43,771 nucleotides of DNA from Chloroflexota bacterium (GTDB lineage: Bacteria > Chloroflexota > Limnocylindria > Limnocylindrales > CSP1-4). The translations under genes and the position numbers were made by a program. The DNA is taken from the NCBI GenBank assembly GCA_031431395.1, contig JANPDJ010000124.1, forward strand, positions 1-43,771, in the 5' to 3' direction. Shown here piece after piece: positions 1 through 7,496 of the stretch. The notes beneath the pieces were generated by a model. That model worked only from the letters and a program-made list of their open reading frames with translations. It was not told where the DNA came from and did no database searches. How positions within the stretch are numbered: the first letter of the stretch is position 1; every line of letters begins with the position of its first letter.

Positions 1-960
1 GGCCACGACACAGCCGAAACGTGCTCCGAGATGGTCTATCTCACCGCGGGAGGAGAGGCAGGCCGGCACCTGGGGTCCCTCATCGCACCGTTGTTGATCC
101 ACGACCTGCCGGTGACGCTCTGGCTGCCGGCCGAACCAGCATTCATCGGCCGGGCCGGGCGCGACCTCGCGGAGATGGCCGACCGACTCGTGGTGGACGG
201 ATCGCGCTGGAACGGCAACGGCCTCGGCCCGCTCATTGAACTCGCCGCACTGGCGGACGGGCGGCGGGCGATCTCCGATTTCGCCCTGATGCGCCAGTCC
301 CGCTGGCGAGAGGCGATTGCCGCCACGTTCGACGCCCCGGAGTTCACGCCGTTCCTCCGTTCGATCCGGCGGATCGCCGTGACGTACGCAACCCACGACA
401 GGACGGGCGATCCGGAGTCGTCGAACGTGGTACGGCCCCTGTACCACGTCGCGTGGATCGCGGGCCGCCTGGGCATGCACGTCCTGTCACCACTGGCGCC
501 GGACCCGCGCGGCGCCCAACCCGGTGCCGAACAGGCGGGCGCGGCGAAACGGCCGGAGATGCCGTCGTCACCGCCGGAGTCCGGGGCGACGGCGCCAGTT
601 CCGGGGGGCTTCTCGGCGACGCTGCGCAACGGCCGCTTCAGGGTTGCGATCGCCCTGCGGCCGCAGGCTTCGGGCATGCCGGAAGGCACCACGCTCAGTG
701 TGGAACTGGTGGCCCGGCGCCGCGGCTCCGAGTTGCGCGCCCTGGTCACCGCCGAAGCGGAAACCGTCCACTGCCACGTGTGGCTCGACGGGATCGAGGT
801 CCAGGGCCGCCGGTTTGCCAGTCCTCGACGCGTGGACGTGGAACTGCTCGCCGAGGCAATCGAGCGCACCGGCGATGACCACGTGGAGCGCGAGACCATG
901 CAGATGGCCGCGTCGATGATCCCCGCGGCCCCAGCCATCCCGCAGGAGGATTCCCTGTGA
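1..960 (+). CDS. opcA: Glucose-6-phosphate dehydrogenase assembly protein OpcA, 5'-partial
   Basis: Frame open from base 1 (GHDTAETCSEMVYL...). OpcA-like motifs PLLIHDLPVTLWLP, RLVVDGS, DFALMRQSRWREAIA. Directly upstream of pgl, as in zwf-opcA-pgl clusters. Confidence 0.8.
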   Translation, partial: GHDTAETCSEMVYLTAGGEAGRHLGSLIAPLLIHDLPVTLWLPAEPAFIGRAGRDLAEMADRLVVDGSRWNGNGLGPLIELAALADGRRAISDFALMRQSRWREAIAATFDAPEFTPFLRSIRRIAVTYATHDRTGDPESSNVVRPLYHVAWIAGRLGMHVLSPLAPDPRGAQPGAEQAGAAKRPEMPSSPPESGATAPVPGGFSATLRNGRFRVAIALRPQASGMPEGTTLSVELVARRRGSELRALVTAEAETVHCHVWLDGIEVQGRRFASPRRVDVELLAEAIERTGDDHVERETMQMAASMIPAAPAIPQEDSL

Positions 961-1850
961 CCGATCCGCCGGCCGCCCCGGAACCCGGCGATGAACCGGT
1001 GCGCCGGACCGGCCACCCGGGCGACGAACCTGAGGTCGTGGTGCGGGCAACCGGCGCCGACGTCTCGGCCGAGGCGGCCGTGCGGATCGTGACGGCCCTC
1101 GCTCGCGCCATCGAAGTCCGCGGACGCGCGGATTTCGTCACCACCGGCGGCTCCACTCCCGCGGGCATCTACGGGGTCCTCGCGGCCTCCTTTGGCGATG
1201 CCCTCGACTGGACCCGGGTGCACGTATGGTGGGGCGATGACCGCTTCGTGCCCCGCGACCACCCGTTGTCCAACGTGCGTCCCGCCGACGCGATCCTGTT
1301 CGCCCAGCCGGAGGCGGCGGCAGATGGAGGCGGCGTTCGAGGGCTCGCGATCCCGACGACCAACATCCATCCCTTCCCCTGCGGCGAGGCGATCGCCCGC
1401 GCACACGGCGCCGCGTGGTGCGCCCGCCGCTACGAAGCGGATCTGCGCGCGTCCGGGCTCCGCGAATCGCGCGGATTCCCCGTGTTCGACGTTGTCCTGC
1501 TGGGCATCGGTCCGGACGGCCACCTCCTGTCCGTCTTCCCCGGGAGCACCACGCTGGATCGCTCCGATTGGGCGATGGCCGTGCCGGCCCCCACCCACGT
1601 GGAACCGCACGTGGAGCGCGTGACCCTGAACCCGGCCGTACTGGCGGTAGCCGGCACCGTCCTGATGGTTGCGATCGGCGCCTGGAAAGCCCCGGTGGTC
1701 GGAGAGGTCTTCCGGACCGAGCGGGACGTTCGACGGCTTCCGGCCCAGCTGGTCCGCCGGCGCGGCGTCACGTGGATCCTGGACCGCGAGGCGGCGGTCA
1801 ACCTGCCGGGGCACCTCACGGGCGAGGCTGCGATTACCATCGCCCGATGA
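957..1850 (+). CDS. pgl: 6-phosphogluconolactonase
   Basis: TGGSTP, WWGDDRFVP..HPLSN, FDVVLLGIGPDGHLLSVFPG and RVTLN motifs. GTGA overlap with opcA. Confidence 0.92.
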   Translation: MTDPPAAPEPGDEPVRRTGHPGDEPEVVVRATGADVSAEAAVRIVTALARAIEVRGRADFVTTGGSTPAGIYGVLAASFGDALDWTRVHVWWGDDRFVPRDHPLSNVRPADAILFAQPEAAADGGGVRGLAIPTTNIHPFPCGEAIARAHGAAWCARRYEADLRASGLRESRGFPVFDVVLLGIGPDGHLLSVFPGSTTLDRSDWAMAVPAPTHVEPHVERVTLNPAVLAVAGTVLMVAIGAWKAPVVGEVFRTERDVRRLPAQLVRRRGVTWILDREAAVNLPGHLTGEAAITIAR

Positions 1851-2941
1851 GCGACAGTCGGCCGTACTCACCCGGTCTTGAGGGCGTGATCGCCGCCGAA
1901 AGTGCGATCGGCATGGTGGATGGCCAGAACGGCCGTCTCCTCTACCGCGGCTATCCCATCGGGCAGCTGGTCAAGCGCGGCACGTACGCGCAGGTGGCAG
2001 AGCTGCTGTGGACGGGCGAGTGGAAGGCGGACGCGTCGCTGCACCCGGCCCGTCTTTCGGATGCGGTGCTGACAACGCTCCGGCAGGTGCCTCGCGACGC
2101 GAGCCCCATGGACGCCCTGCGCACAGCCGTGTCCGTGTGGGGCGCGGAGCAGCGGCTCGGCTGGCCTCCCACCCCGGCGATGGCCCGCGCGCTGACCTCG
2201 TTCTCCCCGTCGGCTCTGGCGGCATTCGGCCGTCTGCGGTTGGGCCTGGAGCCGGTGGAGCCCGACACGTCGCTCGATCTGGCCGGCGGATTCCTCCAGC
2301 AGTTGACCGGGGCGGCACCGGATCCTGCCGCGGCGCGCGCCCTCGACGCGTACTTCATCGTGGGAGCGGAGCACGGTCTCAACGCCTCGACGTTCACCGG
2401 CCGGGTGATCACGGCCACCCGATCAGATTTGGCGTCCGCGGTCTGCGGTGCGATTGGCGCGCTCAAGGGGCCGCTCCACGGAGGCGCGCCGTCGGAGGTC
2501 GTGAACCAGCTCCACGAGATCGGGTCGCCCGAGCGGGCCGAGCAATGGGTACGCGACACCGTGGGCCGGGGCGAGCGGATCATGGGCTTCGGCCACCGCG
2601 TCTACCGGGCCTACGACCCGCGCGCCGCGGCGCTCCGCGAGGTCGCAGAAGGCATGGCCGGCATGGCCGAATGGCTCCATCTCGCGGTGGAGGTGGAGGA
2701 CGTCGTCCTGCGCGTACTGGCCGAACTCAAGCCGGGCCGGACGATCAAGACGAACGTCGAGTACTACGCGGCCGCCGTGCTCCAGGGCGTGGGCCTGCCG
2801 CCGGAGCTGTTCCCGGCGACGTTCGCACTTGCCCGGCATGCAGGGTGGACCGCCCACGCGATCGAGCAGGCCGGCGCCAACCGGCTGATCCGGCCGGACA
2901 TGCGGTACACCGGCCCCGCCGAGCGCGACCTGCCGGCGTAG
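1847..2941 (+). CDS. Citrate synthase family (CitA/methylcitrate synthase-like short form)
   Basis: GLEGV, LLYRGY, AEHGLNAST, GPLHGGA, MGFGHRVYRAYDPRA, NVEYY. Start set at ATG 1847 (ATGA overlap with pgl) rather than 1415 in the ORF track. Confidence 0.9.
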   Translation: MSDSRPYSPGLEGVIAAESAIGMVDGQNGRLLYRGYPIGQLVKRGTYAQVAELLWTGEWKADASLHPARLSDAVLTTLRQVPRDASPMDALRTAVSVWGAEQRLGWPPTPAMARALTSFSPSALAAFGRLRLGLEPVEPDTSLDLAGGFLQQLTGAAPDPAAARALDAYFIVGAEHGLNASTFTGRVITATRSDLASAVCGAIGALKGPLHGGAPSEVVNQLHEIGSPERAEQWVRDTVGRGERIMGFGHRVYRAYDPRAAALREVAEGMAGMAEWLHLAVEVEDVVLRVLAELKPGRTIKTNVEYYAAAVLQGVGLPPELFPATFALARHAGWTAHAIEQAGANRLIRPDMRYTGPAERDLPA

Positions 2942-2945
2942 CCGC

Positions 2946-3008
2946 TCAGCCCGTGGCGGCGCGAGGGCGGCGCTCAGCCCGAGGCGGCCGGTCAGCCCGA
3001 GGCGGCCG
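2946..3008. repeat. Three short direct repeats TCAGCCCG(A/T)GGCGGC between convergent genes
   Basis: Copies at 2946, 2974 and 2992. The 2974 and 2992 copies are identical over 17 nt, and the last one is the MFS stop-codon region. Confidence 0.75.
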
Positions 3009-4248
3009 TGGCCACCGGCGTTGCGCGACCGCGGCGCAGCGCGAGGATGATGCCGGTCGAGATGACGATGGCGCCTGCCACCACGAACGGCAGCGCGATC
3101 CCGCCCCCGACCACCACGGACCCGGCCAGCGGGCCGACGAGCCCGGCCCCGTACAACGGCAGGTAGACGAGGTTCAGGGTGGCCGACCGGCGTTCCGGGG
3201 GGACCTCTGTCGCCAGGAGCCCGAAGACCATCGCGCTGATGATGGCCGTCGCGGCCGCGAACACGAGCGCGGTCAGCGCGAGCAGTGCCACGGTGGGCGC
3301 GAACGGCTCGAGGGCGATGACGACGCCGCCGACGATCAACGCCCCGACGAGGACCGCGCGGAAGCCGATCCGGTCGCCGATCGCACCGCCCAGCGGCGAG
3401 ACGAGGGCGCCCGCAAGTGCAGCAGTGCCGGCCACCAGCGCGATGTCGCTTGCCAGCCCGACCCCGGTCGTGTTGAGGCGCTCGACGAGAATCGGCACGT
3501 ACGGCCTCGCCATCTGTGTCGCCAGGAAGGACACGCCGAACACCGCGAAGACGCGGCGCGTGCCGGGATCGGAGATCACGCCGCGGATCGCCCCGAATGC
3601 GAGACGCAGCACCGGGCCCTGGGGGATGACCTGGGGCCGCACCTCGCGCGAGCCGAGCGCGACGAGCGCGGCCGTCCCCAGCGACAGCGCGGCCGAGGAG
3701 GCGAAGACGGATGACAGGCCCAGGTGCAGGCCGTCCACCACGATTCCGCCGATGACGGGTCCCACGGCGAATCCGATGGGGGCGCTTGCCCCGAACAGCG
3801 CGATCACGGTGCCCAGCCGCCGCTGCGGTGTGACGTCGCGGATCGCCGCAAGCATCACGCCGGTGTTCCCCAACTGCAGCCCGATCAGCATCACGCTGAG
3901 CGCAAGCTGCCACGGCTCGTGGCTGAGGGCGACCGCAGCGAAGACCACGGCCTCCACGAGCGAGCTGCGGATGATCACGGCCTTCCGGCTGTACTTGTCC
4001 GCCCAGACGCCCCAGAGCGGTACGAGCGGGGCGCCCACGACGAAGACCAGCGACGAGAAGACGCCCACGAACCGCAGCCGGTCCGCGCCGGTCACGCCCA
4101 TCTGGGACAGGTACTGAGGCAGGAACGCGAAGACCTGCGAGACGCCGATCCCCTCGACGAGACTCGTCAGCCAGAAGACGACGAGCAGGGCGCGCCAGTC
4201 CTGGCGGTGCGCGTCGGAGGACCGCGGAGCGCTGGGGGTGGCGGTCAC
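2992..4248 (-). CDS. MFS transporter (DHA1/MdtG-like)
   Basis: About 12 hydrophobic segments, WGVWADKYSRK and GGAIGDRIGFR motif-A copies. Probable GTG start at 4248. Confidence 0.85.
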   Translation of the reverse strand: MTATPSAPRSSDAHRQDWRALLVVFWLTSLVEGIGVSQVFAFLPQYLSQMGVTGADRLRFVGVFSSLVFVVGAPLVPLWGVWADKYSRKAVIIRSSLVEAVVFAAVALSHEPWQLALSVMLIGLQLGNTGVMLAAIRDVTPQRRLGTVIALFGASAPIGFAVGPVIGGIVVDGLHLGLSSVFASSAALSLGTAALVALGSREVRPQVIPQGPVLRLAFGAIRGVISDPGTRRVFAVFGVSFLATQMARPYVPILVERLNTTGVGLASDIALVAGTAALAGALVSPLGGAIGDRIGFRAVLVGALIVGGVVIALEPFAPTVALLALTALVFAAATAIISAMVFGLLATEVPPERRSATLNLVYLPLYGAGLVGPLAGSVVVGGGIALPFVVAGAIVISTGIILALRRGRATPVATAASG

Positions 4249-4306
4249 GGCGTCAGAGTAGCGGGCCGCGCCCGCGCGGGCGCCAGATCGCGCCCGTGGC
4301 CGGGAG

Positions 4307-5005
4307 ATGAACGCCGATCTGGGCGATGATGGCACCGTGCAGGCGACGGAGCGCATCCTTGTCGTCCCGACGAGCGGCCTCGTCGTGCTGGTGGGCGCCT
4401 CCGGTGCCGGGAAGACCAGCTTTGCCGCCCGGCACTTCGCCCCCACGGAGGTGCTGTCGTCGGACGCGTTCCGCGCGCTCGTCGGCGACGATGAGGCGGA
4501 TCAGTCGGCCACGGCGGCGGCGTTCGATGTGCTGGGGCGCGTTCTTGCGCACCGGCTCCAGCGCGGACGCCTGAGCGTCGTGGACGCGACGAACGTGACG
4601 ACGGGCGCCCGACGGACCCTGCTCCAGCTCGCGGACACTGCGCGACGCCCGGTCGTGGCCATCGTCCTGGACCTGCCCGAGGCCGTCTGCCAGGAGCGCA
4701 ATGCCCGGCGCGCCGGCCGGGTCGTGGAGGCCGCTGTCGTCCGGCGGCAGGTGCACGGGGTCCGGCGGACGGTTGCCGACCCGGAGCGGCTGTTGTCGGA
4801 GGGGTTCGCGGCGGTCCACATCCTGGACGACCCGGCGGCGATCGAGGCGGTCAGCGTGGTTCGTGACCCCAGCCTGCGCGCGCGAGCCGTCTCTGGATCA
4901 AGGGCGGCGGTGCTGCAAGGAACCGATTCCACTAAGGCGCGAGTGCGCCGATCGGGATCACCGAGACGCCGTCCGGCCGGCGGTAGCCGTAGCCCCAGCC
5001 CGTGA
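4307..5005 (+). CDS. P-loop kinase (AAA_33), similar to the isolated kinase module of bacterial Pnkp
   Basis: LVVLVGASGAGKTSFAARHF, LSSDAFR, VVDATN, ERNARR. The start may be GTG 4337. Confidence 0.75.
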   Translation: MNADLGDDGTVQATERILVVPTSGLVVLVGASGAGKTSFAARHFAPTEVLSSDAFRALVGDDEADQSATAAAFDVLGRVLAHRLQRGRLSVVDATNVTTGARRTLLQLADTARRPVVAIVLDLPEAVCQERNARRAGRVVEAAVVRRQVHGVRRTVADPERLLSEGFAAVHILDDPAAIEAVSVVRDPSLRARAVSGSRAAVLQGTDSTKARVRRSGSPRRRPAGGSRSPSP

Positions 5006-6221
5006 TGACCGCGAGCGCTGCGGGCCGTCCATGCCTGGCGGGATCGACACGGTCGGCGACCCGCAGGAGCGTCCGGGCGGCCTCGTCGACCGCACCGGGA
5101 CCAAGCTTCATCTCGAACGCGGCCCAACTGCCGTCGGGCCGCTCGACGATCGCGTCGGCCTCGAGGCCCGTGCTGTCTCGATAGTGGGACACCGTCGCGT
5201 CCAGCGGCCCGGCGTAGACCCGCAGGTCGCGCACGACCAGCGACTCGAACAGGAAGCCAAGCGTCCGAACGTCCCGCAGGAGTCGATCGGGATCGGCGCC
5301 CAGCGCAGCCACCGCGAGCGACGGATCGACGAAATGGCGCGTCGGGGCGCTCCGGAGGAATGCCCGGGATCGGAGCGCCGGGGCCCAGGCCGGCAGGTCT
5401 TCCAGCACGAACACACGCGCAAGAGCAGCGAGGTAGCCCAGCACCGTGTGGTGATCGATGGGACCCTCGACACCGCCGACGTCGGCGGCGATGGACCGCG
5501 CGGATGCCGACGTGGCCACGTGGCGTGCGAGCGAGCGCAGCACGCGGCCAACGTTCTCGGGATCTCGGGCAACACCATCCATCCGGGCAAGGTCGACCCG
5601 GCGAGTCTCGTCGAGGTAGCCGCGCAGCACGACCTGCGCCTCACCGACAGTCCGGTCCTGTAGCGCCGGCCAGCCACCGACAGTGATCCGCTCGGCGAGG
5701 TCGCGGATCTCCAGCCCCGGGTCCGAAGCCCGAGGCTCGGCGCCGGCCAGCAGCGCCGCGAGCGAGATGTCGCCACTCGAGTAGCCGATCTCTGCGAGGG
5801 ACATCGGCCGCATTCGCAGGCGGCTGAACCTGAGGGCACCGCTGTGGCGTGTCGCATCGTCAGCTGGCACCGCCGAGCCGGTGAGGATGAACTGCCCTGG
5901 GCGTCCACCGCCGGAGTCCACTTCCCGGCGTACGTGGTTCCAGATCGCCGGCACGAGCTGCCACTCGTCGATCAGCCGCGGCCTGGCGCCGTCGAGGAGC
6001 AATGCCGGCGCCAGGAGGCCGGCAGCTCGGGCTTCGTCGTCGACATCGAGGCGGACCGCGCTCGCGGCCGCCTGCAGGCCCGTCGCCGTCTTGCCGCAGC
6101 CGCGAGGACCCTCGATCACGACGGCGCCGATCGCGGCGAGACGGGACGCCAGTTCAGCGTCGGCAATCCGTGGACGGTATTCGATCCCGGACCTTCGGTC
6201 GGCTCTACGTGAGACACCCAT
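4932..6221 (-). CDS. AAA+ ATPase with C-terminal DUF4143/nuclease-like domain (AAA_14 + DUF4143 type)
   Basis: Walker A GPRGCGKT, Walker B LIDEWQ, FILTGS, HSGALR, C-terminal GFLFESLVVRDLR...YRDSTGLEADAIVE...AFEMKLG. Confidence 0.85.
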   Translation of the reverse strand: MGVSRRADRRSGIEYRPRIADAELASRLAAIGAVVIEGPRGCGKTATGLQAAASAVRLDVDDEARAAGLLAPALLLDGARPRLIDEWQLVPAIWNHVRREVDSGGGRPGQFILTGSAVPADDATRHSGALRFSRLRMRPMSLAEIGYSSGDISLAALLAGAEPRASDPGLEIRDLAERITVGGWPALQDRTVGEAQVVLRGYLDETRRVDLARMDGVARDPENVGRVLRSLARHVATSASARSIAADVGGVEGPIDHHTVLGYLAALARVFVLEDLPAWAPALRSRAFLRSAPTRHFVDPSLAVAALGADPDRLLRDVRTLGFLFESLVVRDLRVYAGPLDATVSHYRDSTGLEADAIVERPDGSWAAFEMKLGPGAVDEAARTLLRVADRVDPARHGRPAALAVITGWGYGYRRPDGVSVIPIGALAP

Positions 6222-6273
6222 ATGTGGGGATCTTATGCACCCATATGTGGTGCGTCAAGACACCCAGATGTGC
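6215..6273. repeat. Three 13-bp direct repeats CACCCA(T/G)ATGTG(G/C) with 23-bp period
   Basis: Copies start at 6215, 6238 and 6261. Confidence 0.9.
6230..6258 (-). promoter_or_regulatory. Sigma70-type promoter TTGACG-17-TAAGAT for the AAA+/DUF4143 gene
   Basis: Minus-strand TTGACG at 6258-6253 and TAAGAT at 6235-6230, exactly 17 nt apart. The ATG at 6221 would make the transcript essentially leaderless. Confidence 0.75.
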
Positions 6274-6295
6274 CGGGCACCCGGACACCGGGCCT

Positions 6296-6613
6296 CTAAC
6301 TCGCGGTCGACCGCACCACTCGACCGAATGGCTTGACCCGCAGTTCCACCCACACGCCCTCGCGCATGTAGATGTCGTCCCGGGCGATCGCAAGGGCGGC
6401 CGCTTCACTCTCCGCCCGCAGGATCACCAGCGAGGCAGACAGGTCCAGGTAGCCACCCACCTCGATCACGACGCCGTCGTCCATCAGCTGCGCCATCCGG
6501 GCCAGGTGCTGCGGGCGCACGCGCGGGCGCGTCTCCGCGGCGTCCGGAGCGTACGTGGCCTCGATCACGTACACCGGCTCGATGGTGACGCCGGGCGGCA
6601 TGCTGGTGGCCAT
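6296..6613 (-). CDS. YciI family protein
   Basis: RPRVRPQHLAR, GGYLD, DIYMREGVW..LRVKPF. GAGGAG RBS upstream of ATG 6613 (alternative start 6601). Confidence 0.75.
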   Translation of the reverse strand: MATSMPPGVTIEPVYVIEATYAPDAAETRPRVRPQHLARMAQLMDDGVVIEVGGYLDLSASLVILRAESEAAALAIARDDIYMREGVWVELRVKPFGRVVRSTAS

Positions 6614-6650
6614 CAGTGCGGTACTCCTCTGCTGCGCTGGTCGGGGCATC

Positions 6651-7496
6651 CTACCCGGCGGCAATGAGGACGATCGCGCCCAGGGCTGCGAGGATCCCGA
6701 CGGCCTGCAACCGGCCGATGCGCTCGCGCAGGAATGCCGCCGCAAGCACGATCGTGACGACGGGGTAGAGCGACGAGAGGACGGCTGCGATGTCCAGCCG
6801 GCCCTGCTGCGCGGCGAGGAGGTACCAGAGGTTGCCGCCCAGGTCGAGGACCCCGGCGATTGCCACCGGGACCAGGCTGGGCCTGGCGAGCCGCCACGCC
6901 CCGCGACCCGCGAGGACCAGGGCGACCATCACCACGCACGCCACGATGCGCACGACGACGATGGGCAGGAACACCACGCCCTCGCCAACCTGGCCCAGGA
7001 GCACGAAGAAGGCCCCGAACCCAAGGCCCGCGATCAGTGCCTCCGGGACGCCTCGATGGCCGCCGGACGCCTGGTCACCCACACGAGTAACCAGCAGAAC
7101 AGAGACGAGCGCCAGGCCGATTCCGGCCAGCTGCGCCGGTGCCGGGACACCCTGGAACAGGCCGCCCACCACCACGGGGATCCCCGCGCCAAGCACACCG
7201 GCGATCGGCGCCACCACGCCCATGCGACCGACGGCCAGGCCGCGGTAGAAGAAGACCAGTGCCGTGGGCCCGCACAAGCCCGCCAGTACGGACCAGACGA
7301 GGTCGGAAGCGGTCAGCCCATGCTCGCCCCACGCGACGGCGAGGACGAGCGCGATCGCCCCGCCGATCGGCTGGCTCCACAGCACCACCGCCAGGGACGA
7401 GCTGTGCCGGCTGGCAATCCCGCCGCTGAAGTCGCCCGTGCCCCATGACAGCGCGGACAGGAGCCCGAAGGCCGCAACGGCGAGTTCGGGTGGCAT
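6651..7496 (-). CDS. EamA/DMT family transporter
   Basis: About 10 TM segments, SWGTGDFSGG, SSLYPVVTIVLAAAFLRERI. Confidence 0.85.
   Translation of the reverse strand: MPPELAVAAFGLLSALSWGTGDFSGGIASRHSSSLAVVLWSQPIGGAIALVLAVAWGEHGLTASDLVWSVLAGLCGPTALVFFYRGLAVGRMGVVAPIAGVLGAGIPVVVGGLFQGVPAPAQLAGIGLALVSVLLVTRVGDQASGGHRGVPEALIAGLGFGAFFVLLGQVGEGVVFLPIVVVRIVACVVMVALVLAGRGAWRLARPSLVPVAIAGVLDLGGNLWYLLAAQQGRLDIAAVLSSLYPVVTIVLAAAFLRERIGRLQAVGILAALGAIVLIAAG

Noticed and set aside
36-1871. Long antisense and alternative-frame ORFs (for example 36-1871, 2008-3714, 17863-19275, 25928-27433, 41313-43469)
   Set aside because: Arg/Pro/Ala-rich shadow ORFs typical of high-GC DNA, overlapping well-supported genes and lacking motifs.
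6215-6273. Possible mini-CRISPR array
   Set aside because: Repeats are 13 bp with 10-bp gaps, far below CRISPR dimensions. No cas genes, and the repeats interleave with a promoter.
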